Origin: Stegostoma tigrinum | Lineage: Eukaryota | Direction: 5' to 3' | Assembly: GCF_030684315.1 (NCBI RefSeq) | Contig: NC_081361.1 | Span: 74,819,614 to 74,883,613 of the forward strand | Length of the DNA: 64,000 nt | Shown here: positions 62,891 through 64,000 of the stretch, in pieces | Layout of the letters: each line of letters begins with the position of its first letter | Position numbering within the stretch: position 1 is the stretch's first letter | Notes under the pieces: generated by a model | Seen by the model: only the letters and a program-made list of their open reading frames with translations | Told to the model about the DNA's origin: nothing | Database searches by the model: none | Translations under genes and position numbers: made by a program

Positions 62891-64000
62891 CACCAAATCT
62901 GTTTTCCCGTTTACAACCTCTCTGGTTCAACCATTTATTGCTTGTACCTCAACCACCTCCACTTCTCTTGCTCCATCATTCTTTGTATTGTTTAATCCCC
63001 CCATGTATCAAATTCCTCTTTTGTTCTCTTCTTTTTCTGTTCCTGTATTTGCTTAAAATCTCTGTTCTGTTACCCTTATGCACTTTTTGTATGGTATGAC
63101 CTGCCTGTATTGTGCACAAGACGAAACTTGTTTCCACAGAACGATAATAAATCAGATCAAATTTGTCACATCTGAAACTCTTTTCCTGTACTGATTTAAA
63201 ACAAAAGATGACTAAAATATTAACTTTGTTTCTCTCCATGGATGTTGCCAGGTACGCTTAATATTTTGTTTCTTTTTTTAATTTCAGATTTCTACCATCT
63301 GTAGCATTTGCCTTTTATATGATCCTTTCAATTTATGTCTTCACTTAATTGAAAGGGTTCAATGAAACTTGGTAGGGTATTGCCCAAGGAAGAACTGATT
63401 CCTCTTGGTGGAGATTTTCTGGCTCCAAGAATTTTTTTAAAGGGTCTGTTAACACTGGGTGATAGGTAAATTTACTTTTAGGATGTCATGGATAGTTCTT
63501 GCTGCTGTGATTAAAATTTGTCGGTCAAAATGTGAGGGGAGTTTTCAGACTAGGTTATTGAATCTAATTGGCCTGAATCCTCCTCACTGAGGTGGAAGCT
63601 GTTGGGAGCAGGAGTAAGCAACGCAGTGAAATAAATCAAGCAGGCATGTCCTTAAGGAAGACCTAGGTAATTGTAATTAACTTAAAATGTGGGTGGAGGT
63701 TTGAGCTTTACTGTGTGCCCTTTTTGTTCACTTTATTACTGTGTGCAAGGAATATTTTTGTATAGTGATAGTATTGCTCTTTTGTTGATGGCACCTCATT
63801 TTACGGTTTCAGCTTCTGCCTCTCTTTTCAAAGGCCAAAAGGTACAGATGTCTGACCAGCTTCCGGTAAATTCTTCCACCGATTGTTTCAAATTCGTGGC
63901 CCCTGATTATTGACCACTATGCTAATGGAAAGAGATCCTTCCTGTTCAGTCTATCTAGGCTTCTCAAATTTAACCACTTCTATTAATTCTTCCCTCGGTC

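Overview
Eukaryotic DNA, not prokaryotic, and almost certainly from a cartilaginous fish (HE1/V-SINE and Deu-domain SINEs, CR1 LINEs). Genes: the last three coding exons of TTC22 (+), single-coding-exon PARS2 (+), a complete 10-exon TTC4 (+, 388 aa), a complete TMEM205 (-, 188 aa) and a CpG-rich, probably bidirectional promoter at ~60.6-61.1 kb. A decayed gamma/epsilon-like endogenous retrovirus lies between TTC22 and PARS2 (gag, RNaseH-integrase, env, 3' LTR, no 5' LTR). Its RT position holds an antisense RT fragment with a spuma-like NGFW motif, itself split by a Neptune-type Penelope-like element (PLE). The most striking recurrent structure is a set of PLE-derived, mostly palindromic mini-elements with 11-14 bp target-site duplications (TSDs). 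Their termini carry minimal type I hammerhead ribozyme motifs of at least four sequence families. All calls are by eye and from recalled family motifs; no database search was run.
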